Part shown: in pieces, positions 1 through 10,019 of the stretch
How the letters are laid out: each line of letters starts with the position of its first letter
Position numbering within the stretch: the stretch's first letter is position 1
NCBI GenBank assembly: GCA_043228905.1
Contig: JBHGNT010000198.1
Coordinates: 1 to 54,533 of the forward strand
Direction: 5' to 3'
DNA: 54,533 nucleotides
Source of the DNA: Azolla caroliniana
Lineage: Eukaryota; Plantae; Polypodiophyta
Position numbers and translations under genes: made by a program
The notes under the pieces: generated by a model
The model's input: only the letters and a program-made list of their open reading frames with translations
Told to the model about the DNA's origin: nothing
Databases searched by the model: none

Positions 1-274
1 CATACCGGGGAGCCACGGACCGGAGAGGTCCGGATCGGCGAGGGCAGGACCGGAAAGGAACGACGACACTCGCGGCAAGTGAAGAAGAAATAATGCTCAT
101 TACCGAAGAGAGGGAGCTGAACCTTGTCGGTGAAGAGATGACCTGGGTGGTCGATTCCGGAGCGTCGTTCCACCTGACCCCGGAGAAGAAATACTTCTCA
201 TCCTACATAGCCGGTGAGCACGGCTGTGTCCGGATGGAAATGAAGGTACGTGCCGGATTGCCGGCATAGGAGAC

Positions 275-3268
275 GTGTGGCTGATGACATCAACCGGATG
301 CAAGATGCTGCTGAAGGATGTTCGACACGTTCCGGAGGTTCGATTGAACCTGATTTCGGCCGGGAGGCTAGACGATGAAGGCTACACGGGTAGCATCCGG
401 AACGGTGTCATGAAGTTCAGCAAGGGGAGCCTGATAGTGGCTCGGGCCCGGAAGGTCAACACACTGTACCTGATGAATTCCCGGCTATGTCCGGAGGAGT
501 TGAATGTGGCAGCCGACACTGCCGGTGAGCTGTGGCACAAGAGACTGTGCCACATGAGTGAGAAGGGGATGAAGAGGCTTGCAGAAGACAACCTTATTCC
601 AGTGAAGCATGTGCACCTGGAGAAGTGCACCGACTGTCTGGCCGGTAAGCAAAACCGGACCTCCTTCCACTCAAGGCCACCGACGAGACGTAGTGCACCA
701 TTGGAGTTGGTGCACACTGATGTGTGTCAGGTAGAAACGAAGTCACATGGCGGAGCCCAGTACTTCGTGACATTCATTGATGACCATAGCCGGAAGCTGT
801 GGACGGCACCGTTGAAGACAAAGGACCAAGTGTTGGGCGTCTTCAAAGAACTCCACGCGAGAGTGGAAAGGGAATCCGGCAAGAAACTGAAAGCGATACG
901 AGCGGATAACGGAGGGGAATACCGGGGGCAGTTCCAGGAGTACTGTCGCTCGAAGGGAATCCGGCTCGAGTTTACTGTGCCGAAGACGCCGGAACTGAAC
1001 GGGCTGGCCGAGAGGATGAACCGGACCATAATGGAGAGGGTCCGGAGTATGCTGGCGCATGCGAAATTACCCAAGGGGTTTTGGGCTGAGGCAATGTCGA
1101 CGGCGACATACGTGATAAACAGATCACCCTCAGTACCTTTGGATGGAGACACGCCGCAAAGAGTGTGGACCGGTAGGGAAGTATCCTACCGGCATCTGAA
1201 GGTGTTCGGGTGTCTCGCATATGTGCATGTGGCAAAGGACCGGAGAGGAAAGCTAGATCCAAAGACCCGGCCATGCATATTCCTCGGTTACGGAAATGAC
1301 GAGTTCGGCTACCGAGTATGGGACCCGGTCGACAAGAAGATATTCAGGAGTCGAGATATCATCTTCATGGAGGACAAGACACTCGCCGACTGGGAGTCGG
1401 AGAAGAAGATGAAGAGCTCCAAGTCGACCGGTGAGAATCAACTCTACAAGGAGCAGTCCCGACCGGCAAGAGACCGGTTAGCACTCGAGGATCCGGCCGA
1501 AGACGGTGAAGAAACAGAACCGGCCGAAAAAGATGAAATCGATACCGGAACCGGCCCCGATCCCGAAATGGATTCGGATGAAGAAGAATCGGAAGAACCG
1601 GTTACCGAAGCTCCGGAACGGAGATATCCTCTAAGAGAGAGAAGGGCCCCCCGGAGATTTCCGGAACCAGAGCACGTGCTGCTAACCGACGAGGGGGAGC
1701 CGGAGAGCTTTGAAGAAGCGAAGCATGACACACATAGCCGCAGGTGGTTAAGTGCCATGCAGGAGGAGATGGATTCCCTGCATGAGAACCACACATATGA
1801 ACTTGTGGAGTTGCCGAAAGGAAAGCGGGCACTTCGAAACAAGTGGGTGTTCAAGCTGAAACCGGGAGATGCCGGAAACCCCCCGAGATACAAAGCCAGG
1901 ATCGTGGTGAAGGGGTTCCAGCAGAAGAAGGGTGTGGACTTCGACGAGATATTTGCCCCGGTAGTGAAGATGACCTCCATCCGGACGGTGCTGAGCATAG
2001 CGGCAAGCATGGACCTCGAGGTAGAACAGATGGACGTGAAGACGGCATTCCTTCACGGTGACCTCGAAGAAGAGATATACATGCAGCAACCGGAAGGATT
2101 CGAGAAGAAAGAGAAGGAGCACCTGGTATGCCGATTGAAGAAGAGCCTCTACGGTTTGAAGCAGGCTCCCCGGCAGTGGTACCGAAAGTTTGACTCCTTC
2201 ATGACCGATGAAGGGTACCACAAAACGCAGTCCGACCACTGCGTGTTTGTGAAGAAGTTCGACGGAGGAGACTCTCTAATACTCCTCCTGTACGTGGATG
2301 ACATGTTGATCGTCGGACGGGACCAGGTCAAGATACGGATGCTGAAGAAGGCTCTTCACCGAACCTTCTCAATGAAAGACCTGGGTCCGGCGAGGCAAAT
2401 ACTAGGGATGCACATCATCCGGGACCGGAAGAAGAAGCAGTTGTGGCTGTCACAGGAGAAGTACGTGACAAAGGTGCTTCAACGGTTCAACATGTCGGAA
2501 GCAAGACCGGTCGGATCGTCCCTCCCGGCAAACTGCAAGTTGTCCAGCAAGCAAAGCCCTAAGACAAAGGCTGAGAAGGAGGACATGATGAAAGTACCAT
2601 ATGCCTCTGCCGTCGGGAGCTTGATGTACGCGATGGTGTGTACCCGACCGGACATAGGATATGCAGTCGGAGTGGTGAGCCGGTACATGAGCAATCCCAG
2701 CAAAGAGCATTGGAACGCGGTCAAATGGATACTCCGATACCTGAAGGGCACGGCAAACATGTGCCTCCGATTCGGCTCCGGTAAGCCCGAACTCGATGGA
2801 TTTACCGATTCGGATATGTCGGCTGATGCAGATACCAGCCGGTCCACATCAGGGTATGTGATGACGTATGCAGGGGGAGCTGTTTCATGGCAGTCGAGGC
2901 TGCAGAAGACGGTTGCACTGTCAACCACGGAGGCGGAGTACATGGCGGCTGTTGAAGCCGGCAAGGAAATAATATGGATGAAGGACTTCATTAGAGAGCT
3001 CGGTATCCGGCAGGAGGAGTACCGACTCTACTGCGACAGTCAGAGTGCCATCCACCTTGCGAAGAACGCGGCCTATCACTCCCGGACGAAGCACATCCAG
3101 CGAAGATATCACTGGATCCGGGAAAGGATAGAAGACAAGGAGTTCGTGCTGACGAAGATCCACACGGACGAGAACGGGTCGGATATGCTGACTAAGGTAC
3201 TTACACCCGACAAGCTAGAAGCATGCCGGAAGAGGATCGGATTGGAGAGACATCCCATGCCGAAGTGA
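275..3268 (+). CDS. pol: copia pol (GAG-pre-integrase, integrase, RT, RNase H); separated from upstream gag-PR by a 1-nt frameshift near 236
   Basis: WHKRLCH..C..C zinc motif, VHTDV/DNGGEY/NGLAER DDE core, LLLYVDDMLIVG, KHIQRRYH. Copy 2 reads CGGATGGGAAATGAAGG where copy 1 reads CGGATGGAAATGAAGG. Confidence 0.93.
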   Translation: MWLMTSTGCKMLLKDVRHVPEVRLNLISAGRLDDEGYTGSIRNGVMKFSKGSLIVARARKVNTLYLMNSRLCPEELNVAADTAGELWHKRLCHMSEKGMKRLAEDNLIPVKHVHLEKCTDCLAGKQNRTSFHSRPPTRRSAPLELVHTDVCQVETKSHGGAQYFVTFIDDHSRKLWTAPLKTKDQVLGVFKELHARVERESGKKLKAIRADNGGEYRGQFQEYCRSKGIRLEFTVPKTPELNGLAERMNRTIMERVRSMLAHAKLPKGFWAEAMSTATYVINRSPSVPLDGDTPQRVWTGREVSYRHLKVFGCLAYVHVAKDRRGKLDPKTRPCIFLGYGNDEFGYRVWDPVDKKIFRSRDIIFMEDKTLADWESEKKMKSSKSTGENQLYKEQSRPARDRLALEDPAEDGEETEPAEKDEIDTGTGPDPEMDSDEEESEEPVTEAPERRYPLRERRAPRRFPEPEHVLLTDEGEPESFEEAKHDTHSRRWLSAMQEEMDSLHENHTYELVELPKGKRALRNKWVFKLKPGDAGNPPRYKARIVVKGFQQKKGVDFDEIFAPVVKMTSIRTVLSIAASMDLEVEQMDVKTAFLHGDLEEEIYMQQPEGFEKKEKEHLVCRLKKSLYGLKQAPRQWYRKFDSFMTDEGYHKTQSDHCVFVKKFDGGDSLILLLYVDDMLIVGRDQVKIRMLKKALHRTFSMKDLGPARQILGMHIIRDRKKKQLWLSQEKYVTKVLQRFNMSEARPVGSSLPANCKLSSKQSPKTKAEKEDMMKVPYASAVGSLMYAMVCTRPDIGYAVGVVSRYMSNPSKEHWNAVKWILRYLKGTANMCLRFGSGKPELDGFTDSDMSADADTSRSTSGYVMTYAGGAVSWQSRLQKTVALSTTEAEYMAAVEAGKEIIWMKDFIRELGIRQEEYRLYCDSQSAIHLAKNAAYHSRTKHIQRRYHWIRERIEDKEFVLTKIHTDENGSDMLTKVLTPDKLEACRKRIGLERHPMPK

Positions 3269-3278
3269 AGGGGGAGTT

Positions 3279-4019
3279 TGTTGGGATTTACGGTCCCTCC
3301 GGATGGGATGACCGGAGATGAATGACGGCAATCCCGGAACCGGAGGATGAAGAGTACCCGGCATGAAGCCGGATGAAGAGTACCCGGCATGAAGCCGGAT
3401 GAAGAGTACCTGGCTACGGAGCCGGATGATGTAGACCCCGGCTACGGAGCCGGATGACGAAGACCCGGCTACGGAGCCGGATGATGAAGACCCGGCTACG
3501 GAACCGGATGACGAAGACCCGGCTACGGAGCCGGATGATGTATGTACCCGGAGAGAGATCCGGATGCGGGGACATATTTGTGAATATGTTTGCCAAGGGC
3601 CCTTGTGGCTATATTTGTAAATAGCCTGAAAGTCATATGTATATAAATATGACTTAGGGCAAACAGTTTTGCTGCTGCTCATGTTTTCTGTTTTCCACTT
3701 AGAGAGAGTGAAGAGAGCAGCCGAGAGAGAGAGAGAGAGAGAGAGAGACGAAGAGGTCGTTGCCTCTGTGTATTACCGCCGCCTGTGGCGAAGACAGTGA
3801 GCTCAAGGTTGTTGCCTTGAAGCTTCACCATTGTACATCTCTGTTCATAGTGATAGTTGGAGTTTGAGGACTCCCGTGGTTTTTCCCGTATAGGGTTTTC
3901 CACGTTAATCCCTGTGTTATCGTGTCTTTCTCTGTGTTTCCTATTTTCTGCTGCATTGATTCGTGATTTCTCGGTTGTGGCCGAACGGTGAAGGTGAATC
4001 GGAGCGTTGATTCGCAACA
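3279..4019 (+). repeat. 3' LTR of copia copy 1 (741 bp) with about 7.5 tandem 26-28 bp U3 repeats
   Basis: TG..CA termini directly after the PPT; homologous to 5406-6009 and 51789-52644; TATA-like TATATAAAT ~3640; (GA)n in R. Confidence 0.92.
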
Positions 4020-5375
4020 GCACAGTCTCTTGTGCCACAGCTCACCGGCAGTGTCGGCTGCCACGTTCAACTCTTCCGGACACAACCAGGCATTCATAAG
4101 GTACAGTGTGTTGACTTTCCGGGCCCGAGCCACTATCAGGCTCCCCTTGCTGAACTTCATTACGCCGTTCCGGATGCTACCTGTGTAGCCTTCATCGTCT
4201 AGCTTCCCGGCCGAAATCAGGTTCAATCGAACCTCCGGAACGTGTCGGACATCCTTCAGCAGCATTTTGCATCCGGTCGGGGTTGTCAACCACACGTCTC
4301 CTATGCCGGCAATCCGGCACGTACCTTCATTTCCCATCCGAACACAGCCATGCTCACCGGCTGTGTAGGATGAGAAGTATCTTCTTTCCGGGGTCAGGTG
4401 GAACGACGCTCCGGAATCGACCACCCAGGTAGTCTCATCGCTGGCAATGTTTAGTTCACCTTCTTCGGTGATGAGCATGATCTCCTCTTCACTTGCCGCG
4501 AGTGCCGTCGTTCCTTTTCGGTCCTGCCCTCGCCGATCCGAACCATTCCGGTCCGTGGCTCCTTGGTAAGCGCCGTTCCGTTCCGAAGACTTCTTCGAAT
4601 CGGTGTCGTCGGCTCCGTTGTCTTTTCGGTAATGCCGACAATTCTTTCGGAAGTGCCCCAGCTTCCCACAGTGGAAGCATGTGGGTCTTCCTCTTGACTG
4701 CGACCGGGTCCCCGACTTCTCCCGTCTTTGCGGACTCCGGTTCCATTGTCTTCCCCGTTCCGATTCGGTAAGCAGCGCCTTCGAGTCGGAGGCCGGTTCT
4801 TTATCTCTCCGACGCGCTTCTTCGTTCAAAATACTTGTCTTTACCGTTTGTAGGGACAAGTTATCTTCGGTGCAGGAGGTGCTGAGAGTCACCACCAAGT
4901 TCTCCCAGCTTTCCGGCAATGTACACATCAGAATGATGGCTTGCATTGCATCCTCCAGCGGGAACTTGATCGCCGCAAGCTGGTTCACGAATCCCATGAA
5001 TGTGCTTACGTGTTCCACCATACTCTCGCCGTCCCGGTACTTGAGGTTCACTATCTTCCTCATCAGGGAGGTCCGGTTCAACGCATTCTTCCTCTCATAG
5101 AGGCCCGACAGCTTCCGCCACATCTCATATGCGTTGGTGTCGTTCGCCACATGTTGTAGAACGCTCACGTCTATGTATTGCCGAATGGTTGCAACGGCTT
5201 TCCGGTTCAGAAGCCTCCATTCCGACTCAAGTACTCCCTTCGGTATTTCCGACCTGTCAATCGGTTCGTACAGGTCCCGAACAATCAGAAGATCCTCCAT
5301 CTTGATCTTCCAGTCGGCGTAATTCTGCGCATTCAGCACCATCATCCCCGGCTGCCCGCTGCCGCCGCCTTCCAT
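4020..5375 (-). CDS. gag: copia gag-protease-(start of integrase), truncated by nested insertion
   Basis: ATG 5375 just after the PBS; NYADWKIKMEDLL, CCHC knuckle CFHCGKLGHFRKNC, WVVDSGAS. Confidence 0.9.
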
Positions 5376-5405
5376 TTTCTGCAGCAACTCGCTCTGATAC
5401 CAAAT

Positions 5406-6009
5406 TGATGGAAATAAATCGACACTTTCCAAACTTCACCTCTCGGCCACAACCAAGGAAACACACGAATCGTTGTTGCAGAAAATGGGAAATGCAAAAG
5501 TAAATAAGTGGACACACGATTTAACGTGGAAAACCCTGTACGGGAAAAACCACGGGAGTACAAGACTCCGAACCAAAACTATGCACAGAGAAGTATACAA
5601 TGGCGAGTTGCAAGGCGACGACCTTGAGCTCGCTGTCCTCGCCACAGGCGGCGGAAATACACAGAGGCGTCGACCTCTTCCTCTCTCTCGCTCTATCTCT
5701 CTCACGGCTGCTCTCTCTTCACTCCTCTTCAGTGGAAAAACAGAAAAATGAGTAGCAACATCAAAACTGTTTGCCCTAAGTCATATTTATACACATATGA
5801 CTTTAGGGCTATTTACAACTATAGCCTCAAGGGCCCTTGGCAAACATATTCACAGATATGTCCCCGCATCCGGATCTCTCTCCGGGTACATTCGTCGTCC
5901 GGCTCCGAAGTCGGGGTCTTCATCATCCGGTTCCGAAACCGCAACCGGGCTTGTCGGCATTCATCTCCGACATCCGACCATCCCATCCGAAGGGACCGTA
6001 ATCCCAACA
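5406..6009 (-). repeat. 5' LTR of copia copy 2 (604 bp)
   Basis: TGTTGGG...CCATCA on minus, followed by ATT + PBS; only about 2 U3 repeat units; outer flank GGTCC. Confidence 0.9.
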
Positions 6010-6854
6010 GGTCCGCACCCTCTCCCATGTCGCCGTCGTACGCTCTTCTGACCTCCGTATAGGCCCCCGTCTTCTACGCTTAGGGAGGCTTCTTCCTCCG
6101 CATCCTCCGATCGCCTCTGGCCCGACTCCATAATAAGCCCTTCTTTGGCTTCGATTTTCCCCTTCACAAGCTCGCATGCCTCCCGTATTAGCGCTTCTAG
6201 GTGGAGCTCCTCTGAACCGTTTTGCGTTGAGCTCTCTTCCGGCAGTAGTGCGTACTCACTCGCCGCTCTCTCTTCTCCGCCGCTCGCGGGCCGTGTTGTG
6301 GCCGACCGCCTCGCATCATGTTGGCGGCACACCCATTCCACCTCGGACCACTCCTCGGTGAGACCATATGCTCCATAATCATCTTGAAGCTCGAATAAGA
6401 TGTCTTTCCTCTCCTCTTGATGGATCGTGTTAAAAAAAAAGAGGACTTTGTCCACCCCCACCGATCTCCGATTTCGCTCTCAGAGTTGAGAGAAACGACG
6501 CTCGAACTCTCGGAATGCCTCCATCGCGCTCTGATGGCGCTCCATCGATGCCACCCATCGGTCCAACTCATGCCGACCTCGCCCGTCCGGTTTCACATAC
6601 CCGTACACTTCCAGTAGGGCTCCCTCAAAGGCCACCCACGACTCATGGGCTTCTCGTAGCTCCTTGACCTCCTTGTGCACCGGTACAGCTGCCACTCGAG
6701 GAAAATATTCTAGCCGCATCGCCTCGTCCACGCCCCCTTTCGCCATCTCGGCCTTTTAGGCTCCCAAAATTTTTAGGACCTCATTCCCATTGAACCGGCC
6801 GACTCGATCGACCACCCTTTCGACGGCTTGTTGAGCCGCATCTCACTTCGCCAT
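6010..6854 (-). pseudogene. degenerate gag-like ORF of an unclassified (probably Ty3/gypsy) element, host of copia copy 2
   Basis: ATG 6854 then MAK*DAAQQAVERVVDRVGRFNGNEVLKILGA*KAEMAKGGVDE...W..FE..L; stops and a frameshift; upstream telo-boxes (6882-6908) and TATAAAAGG (~6986-6994, minus). Confidence 0.5.
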
Positions 6855-8373
6855 CTTCCGTCTGGCTTCCAAACTATGAGAAAACCCTAACCGAAACCCT
6901 AACCCTAAAGCGGTAAGAACTCTAGACTAAGTGGTATACCTCTCATACGCAAAATAGGCAACCCCTTATAAGTGACCCCTCCCTTCCTTTTATAGCCCAA
7001 GGAGGGAGGGACCGTACAATGTGGGATAAAATTTCCCCTCTCTTTCTATACACCATATCCTAGTATACATGTGCACATGTTGCACACCACCGACTTGCCC
7101 ATTCCACCCCGGTTTCCCCCTATGGACGAAAATCTTCACGAAAAGAAACATAACTCAGGTGACAAGGAAACATGCAAGAACGTAGGGTGGGATATTAATA
7201 GCTACACATATAGATGGCCATGACCTAGGGCACCAATTCTACATTGGTAAAGTTTTGGACGTGGTGATGCATTAAACCTTTGTAATACATCTATCATTGA
7301 CATTAGTGAGGTGGATATCATTGTGTATGACTTTACACTAACAAAAGTTGGATGTTTAAAGACGACAACAATAGACATAATAAAAGAGATATTACCAAGT
7401 CTAGAAGATATCTCAGATTCAAGGCGAATAATGATTTGATTAGTACATTTCAAAATGAGGAGGAAGAGTCACAATTGTATATTAGCCATAGTACTGATTC
7501 TCATGAAAGGAATGATGATAGTGATGCAAATACCTCCTAAATGTATTTTTTGTGCAACGATATGTAACAAATTTAGACAACATTTTATCGAATGAAATAA
7601 AAATGTTGATTGTTGGAGACGGTTTATGTCATTGCCACTACAAGATCAAGCCAACATACTCCATGGCATTAGGGGCAGATGGAATATGAGATCGGAAATC
7701 AATAATGCTCTACTGGTTAGGGAAGCCGCTACTCATAAGACGACAATGGAGAAATGGATAGGCTATGAGGAGGAGGGATCTTTGATCCCGAGAGGTAGGG
7801 TATCACCAGACAGGATCGAAGGCTCTGAATTTCGAGACACTGAGACACCAACACAAAATAACGCAAGTATACTCGCGTATACTGGTCATAAATGGATTGT
7901 AGATCTTGATCCGATCAAAGTACAACTTGATTGGCACATATGTACTCATGAAAACACATGGCTACGTAAGGTCAGTTGGGACCCTTTGCAATGGACATGG
8001 CAGCAAGGAAGCAAACCTATCCCTTTCTTCCAATTCACAACTAGATTGGGTCGCCACATCCTAGCTGCTCAAATTGCCCGAGAGTCGGTTGCTGCAAAGG
8101 TCTGGCACACATATCAAGTTCCTCACACAATTGTCACCAAGTTTTGGCAGAAAATCTGGAAACAACAACACGCGAGGCGAATTACCACATTCCAATGGCT
8201 ATTAATACATAAGTCACTACCGGTGGGAGCATGGCAATGTGGGAACCTTAGCCCTCCTAATTGTGTAGAGTGTCCAAATGCAATAGAATCAATACGACAT
8301 GCTTTGTGGGACTGCCCAGCGTCCCATCGAATATGGCGGGGGGTTGGCCGCTTGTTGCAATTATGCCAGGTGT

Positions 8374-8661
8374 TGTCATGATATAGCAAGACTCGAACCC
8401 ATGACCTTATGTTATATGGGTCGAACTCTTGACCATTATACCATCCATTGTAATACGTAAAATATTATTTTCATTTAAATTTTATTATAGGAAATTAATG
8501 TATATTCCAGATATCTCTGGAACATTCTAGAAGCTTCAGGACTCCTCCTGAGAACACTATAAAAGGAGGAACAAGGCATTATGTTGAACCAAATTGGTTC
8601 AATGCTAGTCTTAAGCCTCATAGCCATCTTGTACTTTTCATATAATATATCATATGTTATC

Positions 8662-8706
<45 letters not shown>

Positions 8707-8813
8707 CTCTTTCCTCTCTCTCGGGAGTCTTACGCAATCCCGTCCTCGTAGTACTAATAGTACTTCCCTTCTCTAGTACTAATTCTCTCTCTGTTTTAGT
8801 ACTATTCCTTACA
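8374..8813 (+). repeat. 5' LTR of chromovirus
   Basis: TGTCATG...TTACA; TATAAAA 8558-8564; (CT)n. Confidence 0.92.
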
Positions 8814-8882
8814 GTTTTAACCGATTTTTCTCTAGTCTTCTTTTCGGTTTCCCTCATCCTCTTACCCCTTTTTTCCAATACT

Positions 8883-10019
8883 ATGGCAACTGTTAGCGCC
8901 CAAGAATATCAATCTGTTTTCTCCGAGCTAGAGGGTCTAAAAGAAAAATTTGTTGCCTTCGAACAAGAAAACCAACGATTGTTAGGGGACCTTCAACAAA
9001 TCACTCTAGAAAAACAGTAAACGCAACAACAACATGGGGAGTTAGCATTACGTGTACAACAACTCGAAGCAACCATCGTAGCGTTGCAACAACAAGGATC
9101 AAGTCCCCAAGGATTTCATAAAGAGCCCAAGATTGGACTTCCTGTGAAATTCGATGGAACGCGATCGCAATTCAGGGGATTTCTTAATCAGGTACACTTA
9201 GTCATTCAAATGCATCCTTCCCGATACCCCAATGATGCATCCCGAATCAGCCTAATAGGCACGTTGCTTAGTGGCTCAACCTTGGCATGGTTCGCTCCGC
9301 TTCTAGAAAAACAATCACCCTTGCTTAATAACTTTGACGACTTTATTAGAGAGTTTAAAGCATGCTTTGGAGATACAGACAACATCAGGATGGTGATTAA
9401 CAAAATCCGACGATTGCGTCAAGGTGATCGTCCAGCCTCTGCCTACGCGACGGATTTCCGTCTACTCGCCTCAGATATCCCCTAGGATGATCAGGCACTA
9501 ATGGAGCAGTTTCGCTACGGCCTGCAAAACGATGTCAAAGATTTACTCCTAACCTTCCCCAAAGAACCAAAGTCTCTTACAGAGGCAATCAGTCGAGCGG
9601 TCCGATGCGACAACCGCCTTTTCGAACGGCGTTCTGAACGTCAATTACAAATACCACGCCCTAGGCCAGAGCCCACATATGCCTCAGTCGCGGCTAAACC
9701 GTTTGCACGAGACGTATCTCAAACAAATACTCTGACACCGATGGAGATCGACACCATGCGTCGACGTGGCCCGTTATCGGAAGACGAAAAGCAACGCCAA
9801 CGTGCAAATCGATTATGTCTTTATTGCAGTGGACCAGTGCATATCGCAATCAACTGTCCCCATAGGCCAAGAAGACAGGTAAATCAAATCGTAGCCTGTA
9901 CTAAACCTGAGTCTATTCTTCCCTTAGGAGTGTCTGATAGTATTAATAGTACTAATAACCCAAGTATCTCAAATAAATTTGAAATCCTTAGTCAATTAGA
10001 AGAAGAGTTAAATGACTGA
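8883..10019 (+). pseudogene. gag: chromovirus gag (in-frame stops near 9018 and 9483)
   Basis: EPKIGLPVKFDG, LRQG..ASAYATDF, PMEID, degenerate knuckle CLYCSGPVHIAINC (PEG10/Tcn1-type gag). Confidence 0.88.

Larger units (their letters stand above)
1..4019 (+). mobile_element. Ty1/copia LTR retrotransposon, Tnt1/Tork-like (copy 1; 5' part outside window)
   Basis: PR (WVVDSGAS, ~150), IN, RT and RH in copia order; PPT AAGGGGGAG 3268-3276; 3' LTR TGTTGGG...CGCAACA 3279-4019; right flank GCACA resumes the host copy. Confidence 0.95.
4020..6009 (-). mobile_element. Ty1/copia Tnt1/Tork-like copy 2 (5' LTR, PBS, gag-PR), interrupted by copy 1
   Basis: 5' LTR 5406-6009; tRNA-iMet PBS TGGTATCAGAGC 5391-5402; ORF matches copy 1 up to ELWHKRLC, where the copy 1 LTR abuts. 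Confidence 0.93.

Noticed and set aside
382-3682. Many antisense and alternate-frame ORFs over copia pol (also 17115-20623 and 52665-54479)
   Set aside because: Shadow frames of GC-rich coding sequence with no recognisable motifs.
3825-5432. 535-aa ORF as a single real protein
   Set aside because: It is chimeric: the C-terminal ~65 aa read antisense through copy 1's LTR, and the N-terminal 19 aa come from U5/PBS.
8374-8445. Functional tRNA gene in the LTR
   Set aside because: Acceptor and anticodon stems do not pair properly; kept only as a tRNA-like promoter module.
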